From an uncultured Thermoplasmata archaeon (lineage in GTDB: Archaea; Thermoplasmatota; Thermoplasmata; UBA10834), in contig CAVRDX010000003.1 in assembly GCA_963719945.1 (NCBI GenBank), forward strand, positions 32,001-96,000: a stretch of 64,000 bases of DNA, in the 5' to 3' direction. The position numbers and the translations under genes are program-made. Each line of letters opens with the position of its first letter. Within the stretch, counting starts at the first letter, position 1. The notes under the pieces were generated by a model. The model was not told the origin of the DNA, made no database searches, and saw only the letters and a list, made by a program, of their open reading frames with translations. This document shows positions 1-9,942 of this stretch, piece after piece.

Positions 1-256
1 AACATCTCGACGCGCCAGATCTTCACAACTGGCTGGCCGAGAATCATTCTACGTTCGTTCGATTTTTTGATACTTGCACCACAACGGGTATAGTATGTGT
101 TTGTAGGTGGCACCTCAGACACGCAAAGAGAGGTATCTAGGGGACATCCGAGACTACTCGGATATGATTGAACGCCTCCGCAGTTGCGTGCATCAGGCGG
201 GTTGTCTGCTCTCTCAGGTATGAAGAGCAGTCGTTCGCCAACCCAGAGGTGTAAGA

Positions 257-991
257 ATGGAAAGGAAGTTCGAAAGTGAGCTGGCGGAAAAGGTAGCACT
301 TCGTTCGAAGGGCAGTTTTTCCGGCAGGAAGGCTAGTGTATTGGTGCTGGCCATTATCTCGAGCGCAATCATGATCGGTGCAGCGGCGGTCACGTTCTCG
401 ATGAAGGCAAGCGCGGAAGATGGTATATGGACTAATTACAGTCCCTGTGATGAATGCTGACTACGGATTATCTGGTGTATGACCCCGCTGAGGAAGCGGA
501 ATACACTGATCTAGTCTATTCGGATGACCCAATATATGCGGATGACTTTGTCGTGAAACGGAGTTCTGACTTGAAGACTGCGTTATTCGACACTCCGATG
601 GCAATGGACCGACATACACCAAGATCGTGTATTCAGTGAACGTGAAGTTGCGCCATACGGCGCCGTTCTGGGAGATGTAATTCGGACTGCGGGTTGCCAG
701 TCTCGTCGTTACGGTCAGCGGGCTTCGATCAGATTCCGGGCCTGTGGCAAGGTCATATCGCTGAATGGTTTCGAAATCTCCATGGAAGGGAATATCAGTA
801 TGATACCGTCTTCGGTGATGGTACGATTTCAGTGGACTTGTCATGCCCGACTTGACGGGACTGGATTCGAATACACATCATATGATTCGATATCCTTCTT
901 CGTCATGTTCAAGGTGTCTCAACTGGCCATGAATCTATCGCGGAGGAGATCGGATTCCCGTCATACTCAATCTACACGGAAGAGTAACTAG
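257..991 (+). pseudogene. Probable decayed gene for a secreted protein, split over several short frames
   Basis: SD-like GAGGTG before ATG 257; signal-peptide-like N-terminus (VLVLAIISSAIMIGAAAVTFSMKASA) stops after 67 aa; protein-like fragments continue in other + frames (454-639, about 715-853, 782-991). Confidence 0.4.
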
Positions 992-1185
992 TCATGCCTG
1001 AGTGATCGACGATCGTCGGTAGAAAACTATTTCAAGGGCGTCCTCCTGGCTAATACGCCGGGATGAATGCCTCATTAATGTTTTCCGTGATTGACTCATA
1101 CAATGCAGGTTTGAGATTTGAAAATGTAGAAAGTGTTGAGGGGGTTTGGTGGACCACTGACTCTTCCCAGTACCATCGTCGTCGA

Positions 1186-2658
1186 CTACTTCTTGTTGTA
1201 GTACTTGGACCAGTCACCTGGCTGTGAGCTCTTGCCCTTCTCGTAGCTCTCTCGTGATCCTTTGCGCGGCTTGTTGCCACCTGTCGCTGCGACAGCTATG
1301 GCGGCGATAATTATGACTATGATCACACCTGCAAGCAACAGCATCAGGCCTGGAAGCTGGAATCCACCATCTTCTGAAGATATGTCGACGAGAGCTTCTG
1401 TGGTGAATGTCGGGTCGTGCATTATCATATCCCCGCCGGGGAACACCATGCCTCCGAGGACGACGAATCCATTGAACGTCGCCCAAGTGCCTGCGACCTT
1501 CGCCATTGCGAGCACTCTGTGACCCGCCATGATCTGAGCCATCACCTGCTCCGGCTCTCCATCGACCGTGACATCATCGACCCATGTGAGGGCACCTACG
1601 CTGTTCCAGTCCGTTCCGAACTCAAGGCTCGTCCTTATGAGCTGCTTCGGAGCGATGAATGTGCCCGTGGTCTCGTTCACTTCGAGTTCGCCCGCGGTAG
1701 ACTCACAGTTCATGACGCTGATCTGGTTCATGTAGGTGTACATCTTCATCTCCATCCATGCGGCCATCAATGGAGATACGAAGTTGCCGACGATGCTATG
1801 GAATTCGAGCAGCAGTGCAGGGTTGGTGTTGTTCAGGTCGTAATCCCAGCCCTCTATCATCTGGTCCCATTTCACATCGTACTTGAACACCTTTCCGCTC
1901 ACCTGCATGTCGTCGAGTCTCTCCGCGCTGATTACGGTCATCGGGCCCTTGCTCACAATGATCCTCCACTGTGGCATGTCCATATCGTCGACCTGGACCA
2001 GATCGGCCTCAAGGTGGAAAGTCAGTGTGAAGTTGTTCAGGACATTGTCTCCTACGTCCTCAGTAGCATTCGCATCGACCAGTTCGTATGGCAAGTCATT
2101 TGCTGTCAGGCTGAACTCCCAGGTCTTGAGGTCATCCGTGGATTCCTCGATCACCTCGGATGCATTCCACGATGTGGTCAGGGCAACCTTCTTGTAGATG
2201 GGTTCGAGGGACTGATAGTCCGTGAATTCGTCACCATCGTAACTCCTGTTATACTGAAGCAGACCGTTATCGTCAAGGTCGTTGAATTCTATGATAGAAT
2301 CCAGCTTCACCGCGTACATGGAATAGATCTTGATCGTCCTGTTGCTCTCAACAAGCTCGCCCAAATTGTCATAGACCTGAGCCATGCCGAGATATCTCGC
2401 CTTTATTGCGACGAAGTAGACGTTGTTCTCATACTCGTCAGAGCCCCATACGATGCCAAAGGCCGCATCGGTGCCGAACTTCACGAAGAAGTGGTCTCCA
2501 CCGCCAAGTATCTCGGTGGCTCCGTCTTCAATCGTGATCTGATCCTCAAGCGCGACGGTTGCCGCAGATGTAGGGGCAGGTATGGCGATAGCCCCCAACA
2601 TCATCATGAGGACGGCTGCCAATGCGACAGGCATCTTCAATCCGATTTTATTCATCAT
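1186..2658 (-). CDS. Secreted, C-terminally membrane-anchored hypothetical protein (~490 aa)
   Basis: N-terminal signal peptide (MPVALAAVLMMMLGAIAIPAPTSA), acidic beta-rich body, C-terminal TM helix plus basic tail; start chosen after SD-like GAGGA. Confidence 0.8.
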   Translation of the reverse strand: MMNKIGLKMPVALAAVLMMMLGAIAIPAPTSAATVALEDQITIEDGATEILGGGDHFFVKFGTDAAFGIVWGSDEYENNVYFVAIKARYLGMAQVYDNLGELVESNRTIKIYSMYAVKLDSIIEFNDLDDNGLLQYNRSYDGDEFTDYQSLEPIYKKVALTTSWNASEVIEESTDDLKTWEFSLTANDLPYELVDANATEDVGDNVLNNFTLTFHLEADLVQVDDMDMPQWRIIVSKGPMTVISAERLDDMQVSGKVFKYDVKWDQMIEGWDYDLNNTNPALLLEFHSIVGNFVSPLMAAWMEMKMYTYMNQISVMNCESTAGELEVNETTGTFIAPKQLIRTSLEFGTDWNSVGALTWVDDVTVDGEPEQVMAQIMAGHRVLAMAKVAGTWATFNGFVVLGGMVFPGGDMIMHDPTFTTEALVDISSEDGGFQLPGLMLLLAGVIIVIIIAAIAVAATGGNKPRKGSRESYEKGKSSQPGDWSKYYNKK

Positions 2659-2838
2659 AAGTTCTTCCTCTGCTGTTATTGATTGCTTATTCTCGATGAG
2701 GCGCATTCAAGGTATATGAACAGTCACCGTGGTTTTGCACTAGTTTTGCAGTAGGTTTTCGGGGTAGCTGGGTATGGCTGGCGAACTGATATCTGTCCCG
2801 AAAGGAGTATTAAGTAAACAATCGGTTCTCTGTCTGCA

Positions 2839-5580
2839 ATGGCACGCTTGGTTGTGTCCCAGAACGAGAGGCTGCTCATCCATCTGATGGAGTTCGACGA
2901 ACATCGCGATGAGCCAGATGTTCCATTGGCAGTCTGCCAGGAAGGCATCGCTCAGAGGTTGCATATACAGGTCCACGCAGTCTCAAGAGCCCTATCCTCT
3001 CTTCAGGCAGAAGGTCTCGTCAATGGGCGCCTAGCTCATGTCAGAGGCGCGCCGAAAAGACGGAAGACTTATTTCCTCACCGAAAAGGGTCACCAGACAG
3101 CCCATTCCATTCGAGACCAGCTCCTCAAGGGGCGGGTCATCTTTGAGGAGAATGGGAGGACAGTCGAAATCAATCTCTCAGAGATATCCGACCGCCTCTC
3201 AACGGGACGAGGGGGTACGATTCCATTCCTCAACCTGGTGGATCATGCTTGTGAAAACGATATTCTTCGCTTAGGGACGATTCTGGCTATGTATGGCGTC
3301 GGCGAAAAGGTTCGCCAATGTGTTACGGTCGGAATCGGTCGCCCAATCGCAGAAACACTATTTGGACGAGATGCGGAACTCGGCCATCTGCTGGAACGGA
3401 TCGGAGACGATTCGACTCATTCCATCCTGATATCTGGTATGGCAGGGATCGGGAAGACGTCACTTGCATCCAGGTTTTTCGAGGACCTATCTGGCAAGAA
3501 CCATGTCTTCTGGTATTCCCTGCATGCCTGGGATACAGAGGAGCGCGTATTATCCGTCCTGACCAGCTTCTTGAAATCATTTGGCCGGTCAGAGGCCAGC
3601 GAGTGTGTGAAGCGGGGCTATTCTCTCGGGGACTTGTTCACTCCTCTAGTATCTGACCTCAACGGGACTGGTGCAGTCATCTTCCTGGACGATGTTCATA
3701 AAGCATCCGATTCGCTCCAATCGCTATTATCCGTACTTCAGGATGCGGTAGGCGCATCGGGTTCATCGAAGCTTGTGCTGATGTCTCGTTCTCGCCCGCA
3801 ATTCTATTCCAAGGCATCCGCAGGCAGCTACGAAATCGAGCTCAAGGTCCTCGACGATACATCAGCTCGCAGATATGCAGAGATCGCGAAAGCGGCCGAC
3901 CCGGCCCGAGTAGTCAGTATGAGCAGAGGCCACCCGCTGCTGCTGAGCCTGATGTCCCGAGGCGGAATCACGGCCGTCACGCAGAACTTGGCCACCTTCA
4001 TAGAACAGGAAGTCTGTGCCATCCTTTCACCAGAAGAGAGATCCCTGCTGGAATTACTCTCGATATACCGTCATCCTGTCGAGGCCGTGGCGATTATTGA
4101 CAACGATGATCGTTCTCTTATCAGTCTCAAGAGCAAAGGATTGATCATGGAACAAGAGTCGGGCTTATGGACACATGATTTCCTCAGGGATTTCTTCCGC
4201 TCGCGGTTGAGCCTTCAGGCCAGGCTCATGATGCACAAGAAGGCCGTGTCCTATTGCAGCCAGAACCCGGGGATAGATTGGCAGTTGGAGACTCTGTTTC
4301 ATCATATCGAAGCACGCGATTGGAGCCCAGCGCTCAGATATTCCCTCGAGCACGCGATCGATATCGCGCATGAATTCCCAGGAGAGACCCTTTCGTTGTT
4401 GTCGAGGATTCCATTCGATGAATTGGATGATGGAACCAGGGCCGAGATGACATTCTTGCGCGGTCAACTGAAGGAGATGAATAATGATGACGTCGGAGCA
4501 GCGGATGATTACTCTTCCGCGCTCGGATTCATAGCCGGTGACGACGAATTCAGAGCGAGCATATTGGAGAGTTTAGGCAATCTAAAATCTCAGCTGGAGG
4601 AATGGAACGAGTCATTCCAGGCTCATGAATCCGCATTGAAGCTCTATGAGAAATCCCACAACGTCGACGGACAGATCCGTGAATGGCTGAATATGGGCGG
4701 GGATTTCAGGAATCGCAGAGAATATGGGGAGGCTCGAGATGCGTATTCGCGCGCTTTGACCGTTGCAAGCAAGAAGGAGGATCGTCCTGCCCAGGCGGCC
4801 TGCCTGAACAATATCGCACTTTTAGATTGGGACGAGGGCCGTATGAGAGATGCCGAGATGAGGTTGAAGGAATCAATAGGTCTTGCACACGCGGTCAAGG
4901 ATCATAGTGGGGAGGCAAAAGGGCTCGAGAATCTGGCCGAATTGCTGCGAGTCCAGCTCCGTATTCCTGAGATGACGAGCCTTCTCCACGAATCGGCCGA
5001 GGCGTTCAGAAGGGCGAATCAGGTAGAGGATTACAAGCGGCTTCTAGCGGCATGCGCGGAATCTCTCGGTTTGCAGGGGATGGGCGATGAAGGCGTTGAC
5101 TTGTGCATCACAACGTTCTCGAGGCAGGAGCTCAGGAAGCGAAGAGGGCTGATGGGCCGACCATCATACGATTACGGTGATGCATCACTCTCATTTGCGC
5201 TGACTGGACTGTTCCGCAACTCAGGCGACATCAAGCGCGGCCTTGAAGAATCGAATAGGCTGATGGATATTGCGGAGTCATTGGATGACCCCACTCTAAG
5301 AGCAAGGGGCATGATCGAAATCGCTCTCTTCAAGGAGGAATCTGGGGACATAGACGCTGCAGTGGATGAGCTCAAAACAGCGGAAGAACTTCTGCTTGCA
5401 GCAGGTGACAAGGAAGGGCTCATAGCAGTCCGAATGATTCGCGGTCGAATTGACGAGGAACGCGGCGAAGTCCAATCTGCAAGAGATCATTATAGGGTCG
5501 CCATCAGTCACGCCGAGACTTCAGGCAATTCAGATGCGCTGGCGATTGCGAACGAACGCATCATGAATCTGGATCGTTGA
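2839..5580 (+). CDS. wHTH - STAND (NB-ARC/AAA-like) ATPase - TPR repeat protein
   Basis: N-terminal MarR-like wHTH (QEGIAQRL..VSRALSSL..YFLTEKG), FGRDAEL motif, Walker A GMAGIGKT, Walker B IFLDDVH, GHPL motif, C-terminal TPR-like repeats. Confidence 0.85.
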   Translation: MARLVVSQNERLLIHLMEFDEHRDEPDVPLAVCQEGIAQRLHIQVHAVSRALSSLQAEGLVNGRLAHVRGAPKRRKTYFLTEKGHQTAHSIRDQLLKGRVIFEENGRTVEINLSEISDRLSTGRGGTIPFLNLVDHACENDILRLGTILAMYGVGEKVRQCVTVGIGRPIAETLFGRDAELGHLLERIGDDSTHSILISGMAGIGKTSLASRFFEDLSGKNHVFWYSLHAWDTEERVLSVLTSFLKSFGRSEASECVKRGYSLGDLFTPLVSDLNGTGAVIFLDDVHKASDSLQSLLSVLQDAVGASGSSKLVLMSRSRPQFYSKASAGSYEIELKVLDDTSARRYAEIAKAADPARVVSMSRGHPLLLSLMSRGGITAVTQNLATFIEQEVCAILSPEERSLLELLSIYRHPVEAVAIIDNDDRSLISLKSKGLIMEQESGLWTHDFLRDFFRSRLSLQARLMMHKKAVSYCSQNPGIDWQLETLFHHIEARDWSPALRYSLEHAIDIAHEFPGETLSLLSRIPFDELDDGTRAEMTFLRGQLKEMNNDDVGAADDYSSALGFIAGDDEFRASILESLGNLKSQLEEWNESFQAHESALKLYEKSHNVDGQIREWLNMGGDFRNRREYGEARDAYSRALTVASKKEDRPAQAACLNNIALLDWDEGRMRDAEMRLKESIGLAHAVKDHSGEAKGLENLAELLRVQLRIPEMTSLLHESAEAFRRANQVEDYKRLLAACAESLGLQGMGDEGVDLCITTFSRQELRKRRGLMGRPSYDYGDASLSFALTGLFRNSGDIKRGLEESNRLMDIAESLDDPTLRARGMIEIALFKEESGDIDAAVDELKTAEELLLAAGDKEGLIAVRMIRGRIDEERGEVQSARDHYRVAISHAETSGNSDALAIANERIMNLDR

Positions 5581-5609
5581 TGCCGGTATGTTCTTCAATG
5601 CAGCCGAGG

Positions 5610-6515
5610 TCATCTGAATGTGTACTCCGCTATTCCGAAACCCGTTCGTTCTCCCAAGTCATATTTCGCAAGCGTCATGAAAGCCGTCGCCCCATCCGCA
5701 TCATCGGCGTTCATGGCGGGCAGCTCCAGATTCTTCACGACTCTCCCAGTTATGACGTAGACCTGCCCCTCCTTATCATTGAGTGACAGTTTGAACGACC
5801 TGGGCTTCCTTCCAACATGGTAATCAGTATCGATTCTGGCTGATGTTATGGCGAAGTTCTTCCCTCCGTCAAACACGAATCCCGCATCGATCTCGGAATC
5901 GTCCGTCATCAGTTTGGATACACTCAGAGCACACTCATCCGAGAATTGACAATTGAGCCACTTCCGAGACTTCATCTCAGCCATCTCGCGGACTCCCCAC
6001 GAATGATATCTTCCACCCAGTGCTACGATCTTGAACTCATCGAGTCCGATGGAGAGCGTTCCAGTCAGCCTGCCAAACTGCTCGACTTGCTCCAGGGCAT
6101 GTTCGCCATCTTCTTCCTTATCAGTGCTAGTTGTGCATTCTCTATGATCGAAGACATCGTTCACACAATCGAACCTCAGGTCCATTTCGACCTGAGATTG
6201 TCTGAGCTTGCTGCCCATGGTCCTTGTCATCGTTCCTGTGTGTGCAAGTCTCCAGCTCTTCTCTGGTATTATCGGTTCGAACCGCAGATTTCTCACCTCG
6301 AGATCCGCTTTGTCAAACCCTACCTTATGCCGCGAACTGACAACAGAGCCATCTGGCATCATGAAGTGGCAGGACATGGTCTTCATCTTTCGATTCGGTA
6401 TCAGGGATATCATCATGGTCCCGCAGATGTCGTTCTTCCCGTCGTAGAAATTGAAGAAGTGTGTCTCGTTCCAATCTGGATGATTCCCGAAAGCGTGTAT
6501 GATGTCCGTCCCCAT
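5610..6515 (-). CDS. Hypothetical protein, probably AttH/tocopherol-cyclase-like beta-barrel
   Basis: 301-aa ORF with WNETHFFNFYD, EQFG, HSWGVR and C-terminal GFGIAEY motifs; family recalled, not searched. Confidence 0.55.
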   Translation of the reverse strand: MGTDIIHAFGNHPDWNETHFFNFYDGKNDICGTMMISLIPNRKMKTMSCHFMMPDGSVVSSRHKVGFDKADLEVRNLRFEPIIPEKSWRLAHTGTMTRTMGSKLRQSQVEMDLRFDCVNDVFDHRECTTSTDKEEDGEHALEQVEQFGRLTGTLSIGLDEFKIVALGGRYHSWGVREMAEMKSRKWLNCQFSDECALSVSKLMTDDSEIDAGFVFDGGKNFAITSARIDTDYHVGRKPRSFKLSLNDKEGQVYVITGRVVKNLELPAMNADDADGATAFMTLAKYDLGERTGFGIAEYTFR

Positions 6516-6586
6516 CCGATCAACTCCCTATAATCGCACGTGCTGATCTTGCGAAATCACTGTGCGTGTCCAAATATCGCGAGCGG

Positions 6587-7063
6587 TCACTCCCAGTGGT
6601 CTGCACTGAGTTTGAGGATATCAAGGCCGTTCAGTTCTTGGACGAGCTTATTCTGATTATCGACGACCGGCAGATCATTGAGATGGTTCTCCACCATGAG
6701 TTTGGTGACATTGGTCAACAATTCGTTCTCGAGCACCCGGACGGGCTTCGCCATGATGCTACTCGCCTTGTCGTTGGACATCTCAGCAAGCATCCTCAAG
6801 AATGAGGTCATGCCTGTCTCCCTTATGCCCATCCTATATGCTGCATGTCTCATCAGCGTCTCAAGGGTTATGGTTCCAACCAGTTTGCCCTGGTCGTCCA
6901 CTACATAGACTTTCCTCGTTTCACTGTCCTTGATTATCGCCATGACCGCATCCCGCAGGTTCGCATCCGAACGAACGGTTGCAGGCTCGACAATCTTACC
7001 TGCCCTCTCAAGAACATCGGATACTCTAATGTCACTTATTGGCTTATCAATGGGCATGCGCAC
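6587..7063 (-). CDS. CBS-domain pair protein
   Basis: Two CBS motifs (VYVVDDQGKLVGTIT; LPVVDNQNKLV). Confidence 0.9.
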   Translation of the reverse strand: MRMPIDKPISDIRVSDVLERAGKIVEPATVRSDANLRDAVMAIIKDSETRKVYVVDDQGKLVGTITLETLMRHAAYRMGIRETGMTSFLRMLAEMSNDKASSIMAKPVRVLENELLTNVTKLMVENHLNDLPVVDNQNKLVQELNGLDILKLSADHWE

Positions 7064-7076
7064 AATCCTCCAGCAT

Positions 7077-8636
7077 TTAACTCTCCTCCTTCTTCAGATG
7101 AACCACCCTCTGCGGGAATGGGATCTCTATTCCAGCATCATTCAGTTTGAGATATATCTCCTCGATCAACCTATCTCTCGCTGCCATTCTGCTACCGTTG
7201 TCATTGATCCAACATAGGACCTTGAACACTAGAGCCGAATCTCCCATGGAATCGAACAGGATCAATGGTCTCCGGTCATCTCTCGTGAGCAGCGAGTAGG
7301 GGCTGGCTTCTATTGCCTTCATGATGGCCGCTCGGACCTCGTTGGGATTGGAGCCATAGCCGACCCCGACATCCACATTGACCCTCGCGGGGTCGTTGAC
7401 ATTGCTGACTCTCACGATCTTCTCGTTGACCAGCTTGTTATTGGGTATGCTGATCATGGTCGCATCGGAGAACCTGTACAAACGCGTGGTCCGCAGTCCT
7501 ATCCTCCTGACATCGCACCAGTCTCCATCGGACAGTATTATCATGTCCCCTTCGCCAAAAGGCCTGTCGAGCAGCAGGAAGATGCCGCTGAAGAAGTTGG
7601 AGATGGTTTCCTGGGCCGCATATGCCAACACCATTGAAATGACAACGCCGCCAGCTACGAACATCGTCAGATCAACGCTCAGGACGTTGAGCGCGTAACC
7701 CAATCCTGCGATGCCAATCACGACGACACCGATCTTCTCCACCACGGGGATGAGGACATCGTCGATCTTGCTGGCGGTCTTCTTTGCAATCATCTTGCCA
7801 TAGTAAACGAGTATCTGTTTGAACAGTTTGTATGCCAGATAGAATATCACGAGGACTATGACGGCCCCGTATAGTGAAAGGACGAGGTCTCGAACCTCGA
7901 TCGGGATATGCATGTGCAGGGCGTCCAGAGACTGAACTACTCCATATGCGAACACCAATAGCAGGACAGGGGTCCTGATTATCCCAAGGATGATGTCATC
8001 CAACATAGTCGTCGTCTTTCGTGTCACGGCCAGAGCGATGCCATCCATGACATAGGCGATCCCGAAAGCGATCGCCAGCCAGATGATCACGTCTAGCAGG
8101 AAGACGCCCCATTCGTTGTCCAGTGGGTCTGGGAGAGGGTTCTCGAAGTATCCGAGGACTTTGTTCGCGCTCGCGAACGCGCCTATGATTCCTGTGTAGG
8201 CGTTGTCTGACGCGACCTGAACGAGATATCCGTTCTCATATACTCTGAATACTACCGTGAAGTTCGAATCTAGATCTCCGCGCTCAAGAGGCGCATGGAT
8301 CGTGGCGGTGATGGTGGTGAGATCACCTGGTTCGAGCAGAACCGAAGGGGTGCTCAGGTCCGCGGACCATCCATCGTTTGCTATGCTAGCTTCGATCTCT
8401 ATCGTCAGATTGGCCCCGGAGTCGACGTTTCTTATCGTCCAGTTATAGAGTGCGCTTTCCCCTGCGTGGACTTCCTTTTCGTAATTGTCGATTTCTATTA
8501 TCTGCATGAACTCGGGAGTTTCTGCAGAAGCACAGCTAGACAATGGAGCGGTCAATGCTATTGCTGCGAAAACCAGAACTGCCCATGAGATCATCAATCG
8601 ATTATGTACTTCTGCCAAGTGGTTCATCCTCCGCAC
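7077..8636 (-). CDS. mscS: Small-conductance mechanosensitive channel (MscS family) with N-terminal extracellular Ig-like domain
   Basis: MscS core (AAQETISNFFSGIFLLLDRPF..GD, IGLRTT, IPN, GIEIPFPQR); signal peptide, beta-rich domain and extra TM helices in front. Confidence 0.9.
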   Translation of the reverse strand: MRRMNHLAEVHNRLMISWAVLVFAAIALTAPLSSCASAETPEFMQIIEIDNYEKEVHAGESALYNWTIRNVDSGANLTIEIEASIANDGWSADLSTPSVLLEPGDLTTITATIHAPLERGDLDSNFTVVFRVYENGYLVQVASDNAYTGIIGAFASANKVLGYFENPLPDPLDNEWGVFLLDVIIWLAIAFGIAYVMDGIALAVTRKTTTMLDDIILGIIRTPVLLLVFAYGVVQSLDALHMHIPIEVRDLVLSLYGAVIVLVIFYLAYKLFKQILVYYGKMIAKKTASKIDDVLIPVVEKIGVVVIGIAGLGYALNVLSVDLTMFVAGGVVISMVLAYAAQETISNFFSGIFLLLDRPFGEGDMIILSDGDWCDVRRIGLRTTRLYRFSDATMISIPNNKLVNEKIVRVSNVNDPARVNVDVGVGYGSNPNEVRAAIMKAIEASPYSLLTRDDRRPLILFDSMGDSALVFKVLCWINDNGSRMAARDRLIEEIYLKLNDAGIEIPFPQRVVHLKKEES

Positions 8637-8726
8637 TGGCTCGGTCTATGCGAAGAGACAATACGGAGAGACCACTTAACGGTTTTGGATGTCCATCCCT
8701 TGCAAGACTGGCCCAATCGATGCATC

Positions 8727-9473
8727 CTATGTGCTGAACTCCCTGAAAAGGGTGCATCTTGCCCTTCCATCGCTGATATTCTGTTTATAATCCGAGCACA
8801 TATGACAGAACGGACAGTTGTCTGTGCAGTCCATTTCTGTGATGTCCTGACCAACCTCATCATGTGTATCCTTCCAGGGTTGGGTGGCCATCATCGTCCC
8901 ATGGCTAGTAGGAATCTTGGCACAGACAATGGAGCGTTCGATATGCGCAGATTCGATGGCCTTCGTGGCTTCCGGAGAAGTCTCCAGGCCTGTAACGAGG
9001 ACCTTGCCAATATGCACGCCCATGGCTCTGATCTCTCTTTCGTGTCTCATCCTGACCTGAACAGCCCGAGAAAGGTTCGGTCCGCTCACAAGCACATCTT
9101 CGATGGGCATCGTCCTGATCTCATCCCGGATCAGGTCGGCCATGATGCACCGGATCCGATTTCTGATACTGTTCATCGAATCGGATCTGTGCTTTCCAGT
9201 GTATGGATCCAGCTCGAAGTCGAATGCCGAGGCAGCCATTCTCGGATATGCTATCCTGAAGATGACGTCGACATCTGCGCTGACAGGTTGCATGTCCTTC
9301 GATCGCGCCTTGGCTTTCGTTCTGATATCTGAAGATTTGATCGGGACGGATATCAAGTTCGTGAACCTTGGAAGATAATGAAAATCCATTCCCCTTCCCT
9401 CGTTCACGAGCTTCCCCTTGACAAATCTCATGGTGTGGCTTGCGCTATCTGCCTTGTGATGTCTCAATATCAT
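8727..9473 (-). CDS. SPFH/band-7-like domain protein with C-terminal Cys-rich motif
   Basis: SPFH-like segments (VSADVDVIFRI, IRDEIRTMPIEDVL, MGVHIGKVLV); C-terminal CTDNCPFCHMC...C. Confidence 0.6.
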   Translation of the reverse strand: MILRHHKADSASHTMRFVKGKLVNEGRGMDFHYLPRFTNLISVPIKSSDIRTKAKARSKDMQPVSADVDVIFRIAYPRMAASAFDFELDPYTGKHRSDSMNSIRNRIRCIMADLIRDEIRTMPIEDVLVSGPNLSRAVQVRMRHEREIRAMGVHIGKVLVTGLETSPEATKAIESAHIERSIVCAKIPTSHGTMMATQPWKDTHDEVGQDITEMDCTDNCPFCHMCSDYKQNISDGRARCTLFREFST

Positions 9474-9869
9474 GAGAATCCCCTCGTCTGGAATGCGGAT
9501 TCATGATACTGGCTATGATATTGTGCTTGATCACTGGCCGAGACTGTGCCGCAGGGATCAACCTGCAGGTTTGCTTGCGAATGCCTAGCTTCACTCACGG
9601 TGAAGACCCCTCCCCCGAAATGGGCCACGACTCGGAAAGTCACGGCACTCAATAGTACGGTCAGTCCGCTCTTTGAGTCCTGGCCCGCCACCAATATCTG
9701 TAAACTGACCCTTAAAACTTGGTGAAGCTGACCTGCAACCTTGTTCCCCTTCCGGAGCTCTCATTCTGATATGTACAAATCTGAGCATTTATCTGCATAT
9801 TGTTGGTCAATAATGGGCAATACTATACTACAAGGATATTAATAATACATCAAACATCACATAATTGCG

Positions 9870-9935
9870 ATGGCACACAGGGGAGATTTATTTTGGCGTA
9901 TCGAACGCAGACACTCAGCCTTCGCCAGTATCTGA
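9870..9935 (+). CDS. Candidate trp leader peptide MAHRGDLFWRIERRHSAFASI (21 aa)
   Basis: ATG about 27 nt downstream of AT-rich TATA-like box (9836-9846); one Trp codon; stop 7 nt before in-frame TTG of trpE. Confidence 0.4.
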   Translation: MAHRGDLFWRIERRHSAFASI

Positions 9936-9942
9936 TTCTCAC

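Noticed and set aside
445-460. CxxC followed by TGA as possible selenocysteine read-through
   Set aside because: Read-through hits a TAG about 17 codons later and no SECIS-like element was seen; frameshift decay is simpler.
1417-2682. 421-aa + strand ORF, and similar long antisense ORFs (13032-13982, 24455-25318, 47669-48505, 52189-53115, 55631-56728)
   Set aside because: Antisense shadows of well-supported genes, arising from codon bias; no motifs.
2839-5580. STAND protein as an Avs-type antiviral defence system
   Set aside because: No nuclease, TIR, SIR2 or protease effector and no defence-island context; kept only as a probable regulator.
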